In this document: positions 9,841 to 19,785 of the stretch, piece by piece
Layout of the letters: each line of letters starts with the position of its first letter
Numbering within the stretch: the stretch's first letter is position 1
NCBI GenBank assembly: GCA_943789335.1
Contig: CALSTS010000003.1
Location: 158,774-222,773 of the forward strand
Reading direction: 5' to 3'
DNA: 64,000 bases
DNA from: an uncultured Pseudomonadales bacterium
Lineage (GTDB): Bacteria > Pseudomonadota > Gammaproteobacteria > Pseudomonadales > Pseudohongiellaceae
Notes under the pieces: model-generated
Seen by the model: the letters and a program-made list of their open reading frames with translations, nothing else
Told to the model about the DNA's origin: nothing
Databases searched by the model: none
Position numbers and translations under genes: made by a program

Positions 9841-11492
9841 ATGAAAAAAACATATTCTTCATCAGCATACAGCAATCATGATGTGCTTGTCATAGGTGGT
9901 GGAGCAGCAGGTCTTAGCTTAGCACTCAAAATAGCTGAATTTACTAAGGTCACTATCTTATCAAAAAGTTCCCTACATCAAGGCAGCACCTATTATGCAC
10001 AAGGTGGTATTGCCGCAGTATTGGACACTCAGGATAGTGAAATTTCTCATGTTGAAGACACTTTGCTTGCTGGAGCTGGTCTTTGCCATAAAGATATTGT
10101 GGAATATGCCGTAAGTCGTGGGCCAGAATGCATAGAATGGCTAATGCAACAAGGTGTTGCTTTCAGTCAGCGCGATAACCCGAATAAAACCGGTGAAATA
10201 AGCTCTAACAATTTTTCTATATTTTCAGATTTCCATTTAACCCAAGAAGGTGGCCACAGCCACCGCCGGGTTATTCATAGCGCCGATGCAACCGGAAAAG
10301 CCATATTTAAAAGTCTTTCAGAAAAAGTACTCGCTAATGCGAACATAACGGTACTAACTAATACTGTTGCGATTGATTTAATTACTAGCGGAAAATCGGA
10401 CGATAAAAGCGACCAGTGTATTGGTGCTTATATACTTGATGAAAATACTGGGGCTATCAGCACATATAATGCAAGATTTGTTGTGCTGGCTACCGGGGAG
10501 CCAGCAAAGCGTATTTATATACCTCGAACCCGGATGGTGCTAGCGGCGACGGTATTGCGATGGCTTGGCGCGCTGGTTGCCGTGTAGCTAATCTCGAGTT
10601 TAATCAGTTTCATCCTACCTGCCTTTACCACCCTCACGCCAAATCATTTTTGATTACCGAAGCCATACGAGGTGAAGGTGGAATATTGCGCTTACCCGAC
10701 GGCCAACGTTTTATGCCCGCTTATGATGAAAGAGCTGAACTAGCGCCAAGGGATATAGTTGCACGCGCCATTGACTCTGAGATGAAACGATTAGGCTGTG
10801 ATTGTGTATATCTCGACATTACGCATAAATCTCCGGAATTTATTCAAGAGCATTTTCCCAGCATTCAAAAGAAATGCTTAAAATATGGCATCGATATATG
10901 CACTGAAAAGATCCCAGTGGTTCCTGCTGCACATTATAGTTGCGGGGGCATTATTGTAGATAAAAATGGCAAAACTGACGTCACCAACCTATATGCTATA
11001 GGTGAAACCAGCTTCACTGGCTTGCATGGCGCTAATAGAATGGCCAGCAACTCATTACTGGAATGCTTTGTATTTGCATTTTCTGCAGCAGAACATATTG
11101 AACAAATACTGGATAGCACTGAGTTCAATTCTAAGCCGCCTGTTTGGGACGAGAGCCGAGTGACAGATTCAGATGAGGACGTCGTGATTTCTCATAACTG
11201 GGACGAAATTAGACGCCTAATGTGGGATTACGTCGGCATTGTTAGAACCGACAAGCGTTTACAAAGAGCAGCTAATCGTATTGAACTTTTGAGAAATGAA
11301 ATACAAGACTATTATGGCAATTACAAAATCAGTAAAAATTTATTAGAGCTTAGAAATCTATCTTTGGTTGCGGAGCTTATTATTAAATCAGCAATAGATA
11401 GAAAGGAAAGTCGAGGCTTGCACTATACTTTAGATTACCCGGAACAACTTGAAAACAGCTCTGATACGATTTTAAACCCTAAGAATTTTTAA
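9841..11492 (+). pseudogene. nadB: L-aspartate oxidase, split into two ORFs by a -1 frameshift in a G-run
   Basis: ORF 9841-10587 has the FAD motif VLVIGGGAAGLS. ORF 10560-11492 begins [20 protein letters not shown]. Reading the second frame upstream gives [26 protein letters not shown], so the native sequence VLATGGASK needs five Gs where the sequence has four (10495-10498). Confidence 0.85.
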
Positions 11493-11493
11493 C

Positions 11494-11754
11494 TCATTTT
11501 TTTATTTGGCTGTCATTGTTTGCCAAAATCATTTGAATCATTTGAATTAATTCTGAGTCAGGCGCTACTTCTTTTTCGATAAGCCAGCTAAATAAATCCT
11601 GATCTTCTTGCTCTAACAACCGCTGATATATTTTTTGCTGGCTATCGTCTAGCTGAGCCAGTTTATCCGTCGCAAAAGGGAGCAATAGTAAATCTAATTC
11701 CAGCATGCCTCTTCGACTGTGCCACCACATTTTTTTTAATTCTACTTCATTCAT
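11494..11754 (-). CDS. sdhE: FAD assembly factor SdhE (YgfY)
   Basis: RGMLELD motif (RGxxE) and overall similarity to E. coli YgfY. Divergent from ygfZ, as in E. coli. Confidence 0.85.
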   Translation of the reverse strand: MNEVELKKMWWHSRRGMLELDLLLLPFATDKLAQLDDSQQKIYQRLLEQEDQDLFSWLIEKEVAPDSELIQMIQMILANNDSQIKK

Positions 11755-11800
11755 TATTTTAACTTTGTTAGCTGAGCTCTGGCCCGTATAATCACTTGCA

Positions 11801-12721
11801 ATGGATAATTATTATGTAGATTTAAACCATCGTGAACTGCTTGTTGTTAGCGGAATTGATAGTGAGCGTTTTCTCCAGGGGCAATTAAGTTGTGATCTCA
11901 GTGCTATTTCAGAGCTAGACAGCTGCCCCGGATGCTTATGTGACAATAAGGGTCGTGTAATTGCAAGCTTCACCCTCTGGAAAATAACTGAGGTATTCTA
12001 CCTTGAAATGGAAGCTGGTGTTGCTGATTTTGCCGAACAACATCTAAAAAAATACAGTGTGTTTTATAAAACTAAAATTGCTATCAAGAATGAAGTTTTT
12101 AATCGGATCGGCTTGATTGGCTCAGAAGCTCAAGCTTACCTTATAAAACATTTTGCTAAAATCCCATCACAGGCTAATCAAATTGAAGCAAGTGACGGAA
12201 ACTATTTAAGACTCGCTGACCCTGTAAATCTGCGCTTTGAATTATGGCAGGACAGTACATCCCCTCTCTCTGTTCAATCTAAAACTGACCTTGATCTAGC
12301 TGAGGGTAAGCTAGAAGATTGGAGACTGCTAGATCAATCCATTGGCTTGTATAGATTACAATCGGAAGCTTCTGCGCTTTATACGCCTCAAGAATTAAAC
12401 TACGACCAGCTAGGTCATATAAGCTTCACCAAAGGCTGTTATACAGGTCAAGAAATTGTGGCTCGAATGCACTATCGTGGCAAAGCTAAGAAGCGACTTT
12501 ACTTACTAGAAATAAGCGCTGAATCCAGCCCTGAAAAAAATATGCTTATAAGAACCGTTGAAAATAAGCCTGTTGGTGAAATTATCGATGTCGCAGTGTT
12601 AGCAAAAAACAAATATCAAGTACTTGCAATTGCAACTGAATCTATAAAACAGGCTTTGAAAGTACAAAATCTTAACAACTCCGAGTTAACGCTAATTCCT
12701 TCGATACTCTTGAACGAATAG
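11801..12721 (+). CDS. ygfZ: Folate-binding tRNA-modifying protein YgfZ
   Basis: Signature KGCYTGQEIVARMHYRG near the C-terminus. About 300 aa. Confidence 0.85.
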   Translation: MDNYYVDLNHRELLVVSGIDSERFLQGQLSCDLSAISELDSCPGCLCDNKGRVIASFTLWKITEVFYLEMEAGVADFAEQHLKKYSVFYKTKIAIKNEVFNRIGLIGSEAQAYLIKHFAKIPSQANQIEASDGNYLRLADPVNLRFELWQDSTSPLSVQSKTDLDLAEGKLEDWRLLDQSIGLYRLQSEASALYTPQELNYDQLGHISFTKGCYTGQEIVARMHYRGKAKKRLYLLEISAESSPEKNMLIRTVENKPVGEIIDVAVLAKNKYQVLAIATESIKQALKVQNLNNSELTLIPSILLNE

Positions 12722-13159
12722 CAGGTAAACGACCAGTTGGGATAAGGACAGGCTCTTGGGAATATAGTGAAAACACTTTAGAACTTATAAGGCAGGCAGG
12801 GTTATTGTATGACAGCAGCCAAATGGCTGATGACAGTCCTTACGAGTTGCTTTCCAGCGGAGAAAGAACAGGTATAGTGGAACTTTCTGTTGAATAGATA
12901 ATGGATGATTATCCATATTTTGGTATGGATCGCACCAGCACAATACGCCCTCACATTACACCTAGTGACGTCTTAGAAATCTGGTCTGCAGAATTTGATA
13001 TGGCTTATGAGGAAGGAGGCATGTTTTTATTAACGATGCATCCTCAAATTATTGGCCATCGTTCAAGAATCGCAATGCTTGAAGAGTTAATACAGTACAT
13101 TCGATCAAAGCCAGGTGTATGGTTCGCTACACATGAGGAAGTTGCTAGAGCAGCAGCAG
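12721..13159 (+). pseudogene. Polysaccharide deacetylase-family gene fragment: 5'-truncated, in-frame TAG, 3' end fused to an integrase remnant
   Basis: My translation starting right after the ygfZ stop reads AGKRPVGIRTGSWEYSENTLELIRQAGLLYDSSQMADDSPYEL..GIVELSVE*IMDDYPYF..LLTMHPQIIGHRSRIAMLEELIQYIRSKPGVWFATHEEVA. This is the typical C-terminal two-thirds of a divergent polysaccharide deacetylase. The TAG at 12895-12897 sits where a Trp is expected. Confidence 0.7.
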
Positions 13160-13338
13160 AATTGCTATCGGCGGGAATAGATCCTGCAGACGCAGCTAAC
13201 CAGCTTGGGCATAGTGCGGAAATGTTTTTGAGAGTGTATTCAGAATGGATCGATGGTTATGCCAAGAACAAAGACAAATCCCGATTCGATATCGGGAGCT
13301 TAACCGGGCATAGACCGGGCAAAAAAGAGTTAATTTAA
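13160..13338 (+). pseudogene. 3' remnant (about 58 codons) of a tyrosine recombinase / phage-type integrase, next to the tRNA-Asp 3' end
   Basis: SAGIDPADAANQLGHSAEMFLRVYSEWIDG matches the integrase C-terminal box (..aG.dp..ia.qLGHs.....rvYa.wi), including the catalytic Tyr. It is fused in frame to the deacetylase fragment and ends 28 nt from tRNA-Asp. The junction coordinate is approximate. Confidence 0.7.
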
Positions 13339-13366
13339 CTAAGTTATTGATTTTAAAAGATCTTGT

Positions 13367-13443
13367 TGGCGGACCGGACGGGACTCGAACCCGCGACCTC
13401 CGGCGTGACAGGCCGGCATTCTAACCAGCTGAACTACCGGTCC
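13367..13443 (-). tRNA. tRNA-Asp (anticodon GUC)
   Basis: The reverse complement GGACCGGTAGTTCAGCTGGTTAGAATGCCGGCCTGTCACGCCGGAGGTCGCGGGTTCGAGTCCCGTCCGGTCCGCCA folds as a cloverleaf. It is near-identical in its arms to E. coli tRNA-Asp and has an encoded CCA. Confidence 0.95.
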
Positions 13444-13470
13444 GCGACACAAAAGAAACAACTGACACCT

Positions 13471-13546
13471 TGGTGGGTGATGAGGGATTTGAACCCCCGA
13501 CATTCGCCTTGTAAGGGCGACGCTCTCCCAACTGAGCTAATCACCC
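13471..13546 (-). tRNA. tRNA-Val (anticodon UAC)
   Basis: The reverse complement GGGTGATTAGCTCAGTTGGGAGAGCGTCGCCCTTACAAGGCGAATGTCGGGGGTTCAAATCCCTCATCACCCACCA closely resembles E. coli tRNA-Val(UAC). CCA is encoded. Confidence 0.95.
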
Positions 13547-13594
13547 AAAGCGTCAAGGCTGCGCATTTTACCGACTTGAAGCAGCATGTCAATT

Positions 13595-15968
13595 CTATTT
13601 AGCAGTATGGCGGAAGGTGCCATCCCAGTCTGCTGGTAACTCCTGATTTCTTAGGTTCTCAATACGTTCCAGATACACTGTATACAGCAGTTTATTTGCC
13701 TCTTGTTCTTCTAAAGCTTTAAAACATGCTTGTGCTTTAACCCGCTCTTGTTTCACATAATGCTCATGAGCATTATGGTATTCTTCAACCAATTTAAGCT
13801 GTTCCGGGGTCGCCTCTTGCTCTTGGCAAAGTGGCTCATAAATCCTGACTGGTTGCTCTTTTCCTTTAACCTGAACCTTGTCTATTAGCCGACAAAGAAT
13901 ACCGTCAATATGATCATAGGTTTCTTCGCCTATTAGGAACTTTACACCATAAAACTTTGTAATACTCTCCATGCGTGATCCCAGATTTACAGCATCACCA
14001 AGTACGGTATAGGAACGCCGATAAGTTGAACCCATATCTCCAACATTCATGAGGCCAGAATTTATGCCAATACCAACATTTACTTCTGGCAAACCTCTTT
14101 CAATAAACTCTTTTGTGAGTTCTTCGGTTTTTTCTAGCATTTTAAGACCAGCTAAAACTGCATGTTTACGATGCTCAGTATCCGTTAAGGGGGAGCCCCA
14201 AAATGCCATCACCATATCGCCAACATATTTGTCAATGGTGCCATTATTTTCAAAGATAATGCCGGTAATTGGGGTAAAGAAATCATTTAAGAATATTTTT
14301 AATTCATGAGCTGACAAGACTTCAGAAATTGAAGTAAAACCTCGAATATCTGAAAAATAATACACTTAATTCCTTACTCTCCCCGTCAAAATTATAGTTA
14401 TCCGGATCATCCAGCATGGCATCAATATGCGCAGGAGGTACATATTGATCGAACATCATTTTGATCACCCTGCGATTCATGCTTTCCATTAAAAAACCAT
14501 ATGTCATATTGATTACTATAATGAGTAAAATCAAAAACAGTAAAATAACCAATGAAATATCGAGCTTGTAATCAATCCAAAGTTTGAAATTTAGGGCAAC
14601 CAGACCCAGCATAAATGTCAAACTGGAAAGGCCCAGCAAGCCAGGCCCCAAGCGTGGATAAATTAACGATAAGAATAAACCAATAATAAAAATAGCAACC
14701 GTTACAGCCCCATTAACCCAATCTGGTCTACTTGGAAATGGATTGTCCTGAGTAAAAGTAAATTCAGAAAATATGTTCCCTATAGTAGAGCCCTCATTTG
14801 AGTTAAGCTGATCAATAGTCACACTAGGCGATGCATTTAATAAGGCATTAAGCACATTAGCGTGCACTTCTACACCCGGATAAACCGCTTCCATGGGAGT
14901 AGCTCGAAGATCAAACAAGCCTGTAGCTGTAGTGCCGATCAATACTAAACTGTTTTCAAGCTGCTCTCTTTCAATATCACTTAAGGTATCTTGTAATACA
15001 TCAGTTGCAGAAATATATGGAAAAGTACCGCTCTGCCCTAGCTCTGAGCGCCCTATATATGGAATTAATACCCTACCGTCAGCCGTTGTGGGGATTGTAA
15101 TTTGCCCCATATTAATGCCGGTAAGTCTTCTGAAGTTACCAAAATTATCGGCTTCAGTTTTGATAGTAAAATTATCTTCAAAGTAATATAAACCCGCCAT
15201 CTCTAGAGCTAACGAGGGATAAATCTGATTTTGGAAATTTAATACCAAGGGGGTAGATCGAATTATTCCATCAATATCAGGAATGGTGTCAAAAAAACCT
15301 CCCCCAAATGCGGCATCTTGCAACATAGCGATATTAGCTTCATAACCTTGCATGGTAATCAAGGTTGCGAAACCAACGTTGCCGTCATCAATTTCTGTTA
15401 TCTGGCCTGGTAAAGTGCCGTATCTGAGCGCCTCCGAGGGCCGAAAAGACATACCCAAAGCCACATCAGTAGATTGTAATTTTTCAGCAAAATAAGCATC
15501 TGCATCCAGAGCTTGTTGCACTCTTACTAGGTCATTAATTAAGAGTTGGCTTTCACTTCTCAGCCTTTCTTCCAATTCAAGCGCCAAGTTTCTTGAAGGC
15601 TCTGGGAAAGTGACATCAAAACCGATTACCAAGGCACCAGCATCAGCCAGATTTTCGACCATATCGCCTATTTTAAAACGCGACCAGGGCCACTGCCCTT
15701 CCGCATCGAGACTTTTTTAATCATAATCAACAATAACAATTTTATGTTCTCCATCGCCCCCTGATGGCATAAAAAGATTAAAACGCTGGTCATAAACAAT
15801 ATTGTCGAGACGGTCTATGAAAATAGAGACTGAAGCAGGTGCATCAATATGAATCCACAAGGTTAGCAGCATCGCCAGCAAACCCAGAGTAAGGGGCAAA
15901 CGCGCACCTCTTAGCAGCTGCAGCTTGGCTCTGCTTAATAGACGAAGTATTAACTTGCTAAATGGCAT
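13595..15968 (-). pseudogene. CHASE2-sensor adenylate/guanylate cyclase, broken by one in-frame TAA and one +1 frameshift
   Basis: Three collinear ORFs. The first is the N-terminal TM piece, ..IVIVDYD then TAA (15717-15719) then KSLDAEGQWPWSR in the same frame. The second is the CHASE2 body plus TM helices (14322-15662). The third is the class III cyclase domain FSDIRGFTSISE (13595-14365). The second break is an extra base in a T5 run (A5 on the plus strand, 14353-14357): ELSVLF|SDIRGF. Confidence 0.85.
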
Positions 15969-16097
15969 TACAATTCATATTCATTTAATCCATTGGCATT
16001 ATAAGCAATATTAAATAAAGTGCATGTTAATCCCTGTACAGATAGACAGGCAATCGCTACACTTTGCGCCGCCTTAGATTGATGACTGAAGTTAATT

Positions 16098-16451
16098 ATG
16101 GAAATTTATAAAGAATTCACATTCGAATCTGCTCACCTACTGCCAAATGTTCCCGCAGGGCATAAGTGTGGTCGTTTGCATGGGCATTCCTATCGAGTAG
16201 AGATCCACGTTTCCGGAGAGCTCGATGACAAACTTGGATGGGTCATGGATTTTGCAGATATTAAAAAAATTGTACGGCCTGTCATTAAAGAACTAGATCA
16301 TTATTATTTAAATGATATCTCCGGCCTTGAAAATCCCACCAGTGAAAATCTAGCACGATGGATTTGGGATAAGCTTCAAGCACTTTTACCCTTAAGCAAA
16401 ATTGTAATTTGCGAAACCTGTACTAGCGGTTGTAGCTATACAGGCAATTAA
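16098..16451 (+). CDS. queD: 6-carboxy-5,6,7,8-tetrahydropterin synthase
   Basis: FTFESAHLLPNVPAGHKCGRLHGHSY..LDHYYLNDISGLENPTSENLARWIW is nearly collinear with E. coli QueD. Confidence 0.93.
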   Translation: MEIYKEFTFESAHLLPNVPAGHKCGRLHGHSYRVEIHVSGELDDKLGWVMDFADIKKIVRPVIKELDHYYLNDISGLENPTSENLARWIWDKLQALLPLSKIVICETCTSGCSYTGN

Positions 16452-16714
16452 ATTTCGATTATTGCTAATGTTCGCTTTCTATTCAATGCAAACATAAAAT
16501 TAAGTCTCTTTTTATTTCTTTCTTTGCTGCTTTCCAAAATGGCTCTATCAAAAGCACAAAGAAAATGATTCGAATTAGAATAATTTATAAAATTAAAGTG
16601 ATAGGAAAACCCTTGCAAGAAAAATATAGAAGTCTCGCAAGGTTGACTACATAAAACTTCTATCTCTTCGATTGTTAGCATATAACAACATTATTGACAT
16701 CCTAGGTAATATTA

Positions 16715-18390
16715 ATGTCTGAAGAATTATTCCAGCAATACCTCATCATCCTAACTTTTTCGCTGATAGGCGCCGTTATTTTTCGACGACTGGGTATGGC
16801 AACTATTGTTGCTTATATGGCAAGTGGTGTTTTGGTTGGGCCTCATATACTGGGTTTTATAGATAATCCACAACAATTTACTTTGTTGGCTGAATTCGGC
16901 GTTGTATTCCTCTTATTCAACCTCGGTCTAGAATTTAACCTAAAAAAAAAATGATGGCTATGCGTTTTGCCGTTTTTGGTGTGGGAGGCTTTCAAGTTAC
17001 AGCCTGCACTCTGGTGTTTGCAACGGCGGTATATCTATGGGAATCAAACTTTTCTACTGCAATCATGATTGCAGGAACATTAGCTCTTTCGTCTACCGCT
17101 ATTGTTACGCGTGAACTACTCGCCAATCGTCAGTTGCATAACTTGCACGGTCAACTTTAAGTGGGCGTATTGTTATTTCAAGATATAGTAGCCGTCGTGT
17201 TTTTAGTCCTGGTGCCTGTACTTGGTGGCACTCAAGATGTTTCTCTGGCGAGCAGTCTGATGAGCGCTGCATTCAGTGCTGTAATATTGCTAGTGATTCT
17301 TTTGGTCACAGGAAAATGGATTCTGCCTATTATTTATACTGAAGTAGCCAAGAGTAAATCGAATGAAATATTCGTCTTAAGCACCTTAGTGATTGTCTTA
17401 CTCGCAGCTTGGTTAACTCATAGTTTTCATCTTTCGATGGCATTAGGTGCATTTGTTACCGGAATGATGTTGGGTGAAGGCCCCTTTAAATATCAAGTGG
17501 AAATTGATATTAGGCCTTTCAAGGACATCTTGCTTGGTCTATTTTTTGTCACTATTGGGATGGGGCTGGATGTCTCTTTATTGTTGATTTATTGGCCGCG
17601 GATATTATTTTTTACTCTTTGCTTAATCGGCATAAAATTCATATTAGTGGCCTCCGTTGTCCGTCTATTGAGATATAGCAGCCATGACGCATTAAGTGTT
17701 GGGCTGAACTTGGCTCAGGCTGGTGAATTTGGTCTTGCGCTAATGGCATTAGCCAAGATTAATGGCATTGTTACAACAGAACAGGCGTCCTTCATTATTT
17801 TAATCATCACTTTTAGCATGGTTGCCAGCCCTTTTTTAATTAGACATGCCAATTGGATAAGCAAAAAAATATTACAGGGAAAACCCTCTGAATCAAAAAA
17901 AGTTCCAATTCAGCTCCACCTAGAAAACCATGTCATTATCGGCGGATTTGGCAGGCTTGGGTCCACTTTATCAACTTTCTTAGAAAACAATGATTTCTCC
18001 TATATTGCCATCGAAACTAATATTGATTTAGTTGATAAATACCGAAATCAAGGCAAAAATATTATTTATGGGGACAGCAACAATGTCGAAATTCTAAATC
18101 ACTGCCATCTAGATTCAGCGCGCTTGGTAGTCCTCACGTTCAAATCTCTGGAGGAAGGTAAGGCTGCCATAGGGGGTATTCGACAACGCAATACCAATGT
18201 ACCAATTATTGTGCGTTGTCAGGATCATCACGGTTTAGATGAATTGTTATTACTTGGTGCTGATCATGTATATCCTGAATTACTGGAATCCAGTTTATTA
18301 ATCAGTCGACATGTGCTCGGATTGTTATCGATTAATGAACAAGAAATTACAAAACAAATTGATGAGTACAGGGTATCTCCTCCTCAATAA
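16715..18390 (+). pseudogene. CPA2 (KefB/KefC-like) K+/H+ antiporter with RCK/TrkA-N domain, broken by an A10 frameshift and an in-frame TAA
   Basis: ORF1 ends LEFNLKKK* inside a run of 10 A (16942-16951), and ORF2 continues MMAMRFAVFGVGG. ORF2 ends HGQL-TAA (17158-17160) and is followed in the same frame by GVLLFQDIVAV, the Kef ...LGILLFQD motif. The C-terminus carries VIIGGFGRLG (Rossmann/RCK). Confidence 0.85.
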
Positions 18391-18492
18391 CTCTTATTGA
18401 AAGAATCTAACTAAGAATCCAGCAATAAAAGCTAATGTCACTGTGAATAGAAAACGGACATTGTGGAGCAAACCCTTTTAAGGGCCCGAGTG

Positions 18493-18501
18493 TGCTATAA
18501 T
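18493..18501 (+). promoter_or_regulatory. Extended -10 promoter element TGCTATAAT upstream of the DUF1611 gene
   Basis: Exact match to TGnTATAAT, read directly, about 100 nt upstream of ATG 18601. No convincing -35, which is acceptable for an extended -10 promoter. Confidence 0.5.
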
Positions 18502-18600
18502 ACACCCCTTTCCGCTACTTAGCGGGGCCTTCCGTTGACAAACCGCCAATCCTGGTTGTAAAGATCCTGTCGCCTCCTCTGAGATTACTCAAGGTCTTAC

Positions 18601-19785
18601 ATGTCAATTACGTATACACCACCACTGTCGTCTGTAACCAACTCACCACTCGGTAAAGTGCCGATTCCAAGCATTCTTAAACTACATAGCAAAGCAAAAA
18701 AAATTCCAAAAGCCATCATTTATTGCGAAGCAAATTTTGGCGACATTGATGGAAAAACCGCCAATGGACTAATCCGCCATTCAGAAAAATATAAAATTCT
18801 GTCTGTTATAGACAGTAAAAAAGCTGACCTCGATAGCGGTATGGTGCTTGATAATGTAGCCAGCGATATCCCTATTTGCCGTAATCTATCAGACTCATTG
18901 GATCAAGCCGGCACTACCCCTGATTACTTTATTTTTGGAATGGCACCATCTAGCGGCATGTTATCTAAGCACGAACGCGCTCTCATTCTTGAAGCTATGA
19001 ACCATGGAATGAATATCGTTAATGGCCTACATGAATTTCTGAATGATGATCCGGTTTTTAAAGCTGCTTGTTTAGTGAGCGATGTGGAAATTCTAGATAT
19101 TCGTAAGCCTCGTGATAAGAAAGACCTTCACATATTCAGTGGTCGTATTTCCGAGGTTACCTGCCCGCGCATCGCAATACTTGGCACAGACTGCGCAATT
19201 GGAAAACGTACGACTGCCACTATTCTGACACGTGCTTTCAATGATATCGGCTTAAAAGCAGTATTGATTGGCACTGGCCAGACCGGCTTAATTCAGGGAG
19301 CACGTTATGGCGTTGCAATAGATGCCATCCCCTCACAATTCTGCGCTGGGGAGTTAGAAGCAACCATTGTTGAAGCATTTGAGAACGAAAAACCTGACGT
19401 CATCTTCATCGAGGGGCAAGGCTCATTAAGTCACCCAGCTTTTACGTCTTCATCATTTATCCTTCGCGGTTGTTGTCCCGATGCTATTGTTTTACAACAT
19501 GCCCCGAAGCGTGATTTTCGTTGTGACTTTGACAAAATGGCAATGCCAACACCATCGTCTGAAATAAACCTTTTAGAAACTTTCGCGGATACTAAAGTAA
19601 TCGCTCTTACTATTAATCATGAGAATATGACTGATGCTGAAGTCAGTAATGCTATCTCTAGCTATGAACTTGAACTCGGCATACCGGTTGACGATGCCTT
19701 AAAATGCGCTCCTGAAAGACTGATAGAAATGGTGATGCGTGCATTTCCAGAACTAGGGGAGAAATTACTTGCGCATGCACAATGA
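18601..19785 (+). CDS. DUF1611-family protein (P-loop-like GTDCAIGKRTTA); possibly a DgcN-like D-amino-acid N-acetyltransferase
   Basis: AIIYCEANFGDIDGKTANGLIRHSEKYKILSVID and ILGTDCAIGKRTTA are the motifs I associate with DUF1611. Its stop overlaps the downstream racemase start (ATGA). Confidence 0.65.
   Translation: MSITYTPPLSSVTNSPLGKVPIPSILKLHSKAKKIPKAIIYCEANFGDIDGKTANGLIRHSEKYKILSVIDSKKADLDSGMVLDNVASDIPICRNLSDSLDQAGTTPDYFIFGMAPSSGMLSKHERALILEAMNHGMNIVNGLHEFLNDDPVFKAACLVSDVEILDIRKPRDKKDLHIFSGRISEVTCPRIAILGTDCAIGKRTTATILTRAFNDIGLKAVLIGTGQTGLIQGARYGVAIDAIPSQFCAGELEATIVEAFENEKPDVIFIEGQGSLSHPAFTSSSFILRGCCPDAIVLQHAPKRDFRCDFDKMAMPTPSSEINLLETFADTKVIALTINHENMTDAEVSNAISSYELELGIPVDDALKCAPERLIEMVMRAFPELGEKLLAHAQ

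Noticed and set aside
13363-13602. 79-aa ORF in the track.
   Set aside because: It lies entirely over the antisense of tRNA-Asp and tRNA-Val. It is a spurious reading of GC-rich tRNA sequence.
15969-16097. Possible preQ1 riboswitch upstream of queD.
   Set aside because: There is only a generic hairpin (CCTGT-N9-ACAGG). The conserved preQ1-I/II loop and A-rich tail sequences are absent.
16448-16681. 77-aa minus-strand ORF between queD and the KefB-like gene.
   Set aside because: It has no RBS, no recognisable motif, and AT-rich codon composition. It overlaps the queD stop. Probably non-coding.
16942-16951. The A10 tract in the KefB-like gene as a programmed ribosomal frameshift or transcriptional slippage site producing a full-length protein.
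   Set aside because: An in-frame TAA about 200 nt downstream would still truncate the product. No stimulatory structure is evident.
12895-17160. In-frame TAA/TAG codons (12895-12897, 15717-15719, 17158-17160) as possible stop-codon reassignment or programmed read-through.
   Set aside because: TAA and TAG terminate the large majority of clearly intact, conserved genes in this window at the expected positions. The affected genes also carry independent frameshifts or truncations.
18500-18560. Glutamine-riboswitch-like ACGGAAGG / AAGUAGCGGAAAGG strings on the minus strand of the DUF1611 leader.
   Set aside because: They are on the wrong strand relative to the only downstream gene, and only fragments of the motif are present. 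I treat the leader as an unclassified structured element on the plus strand.
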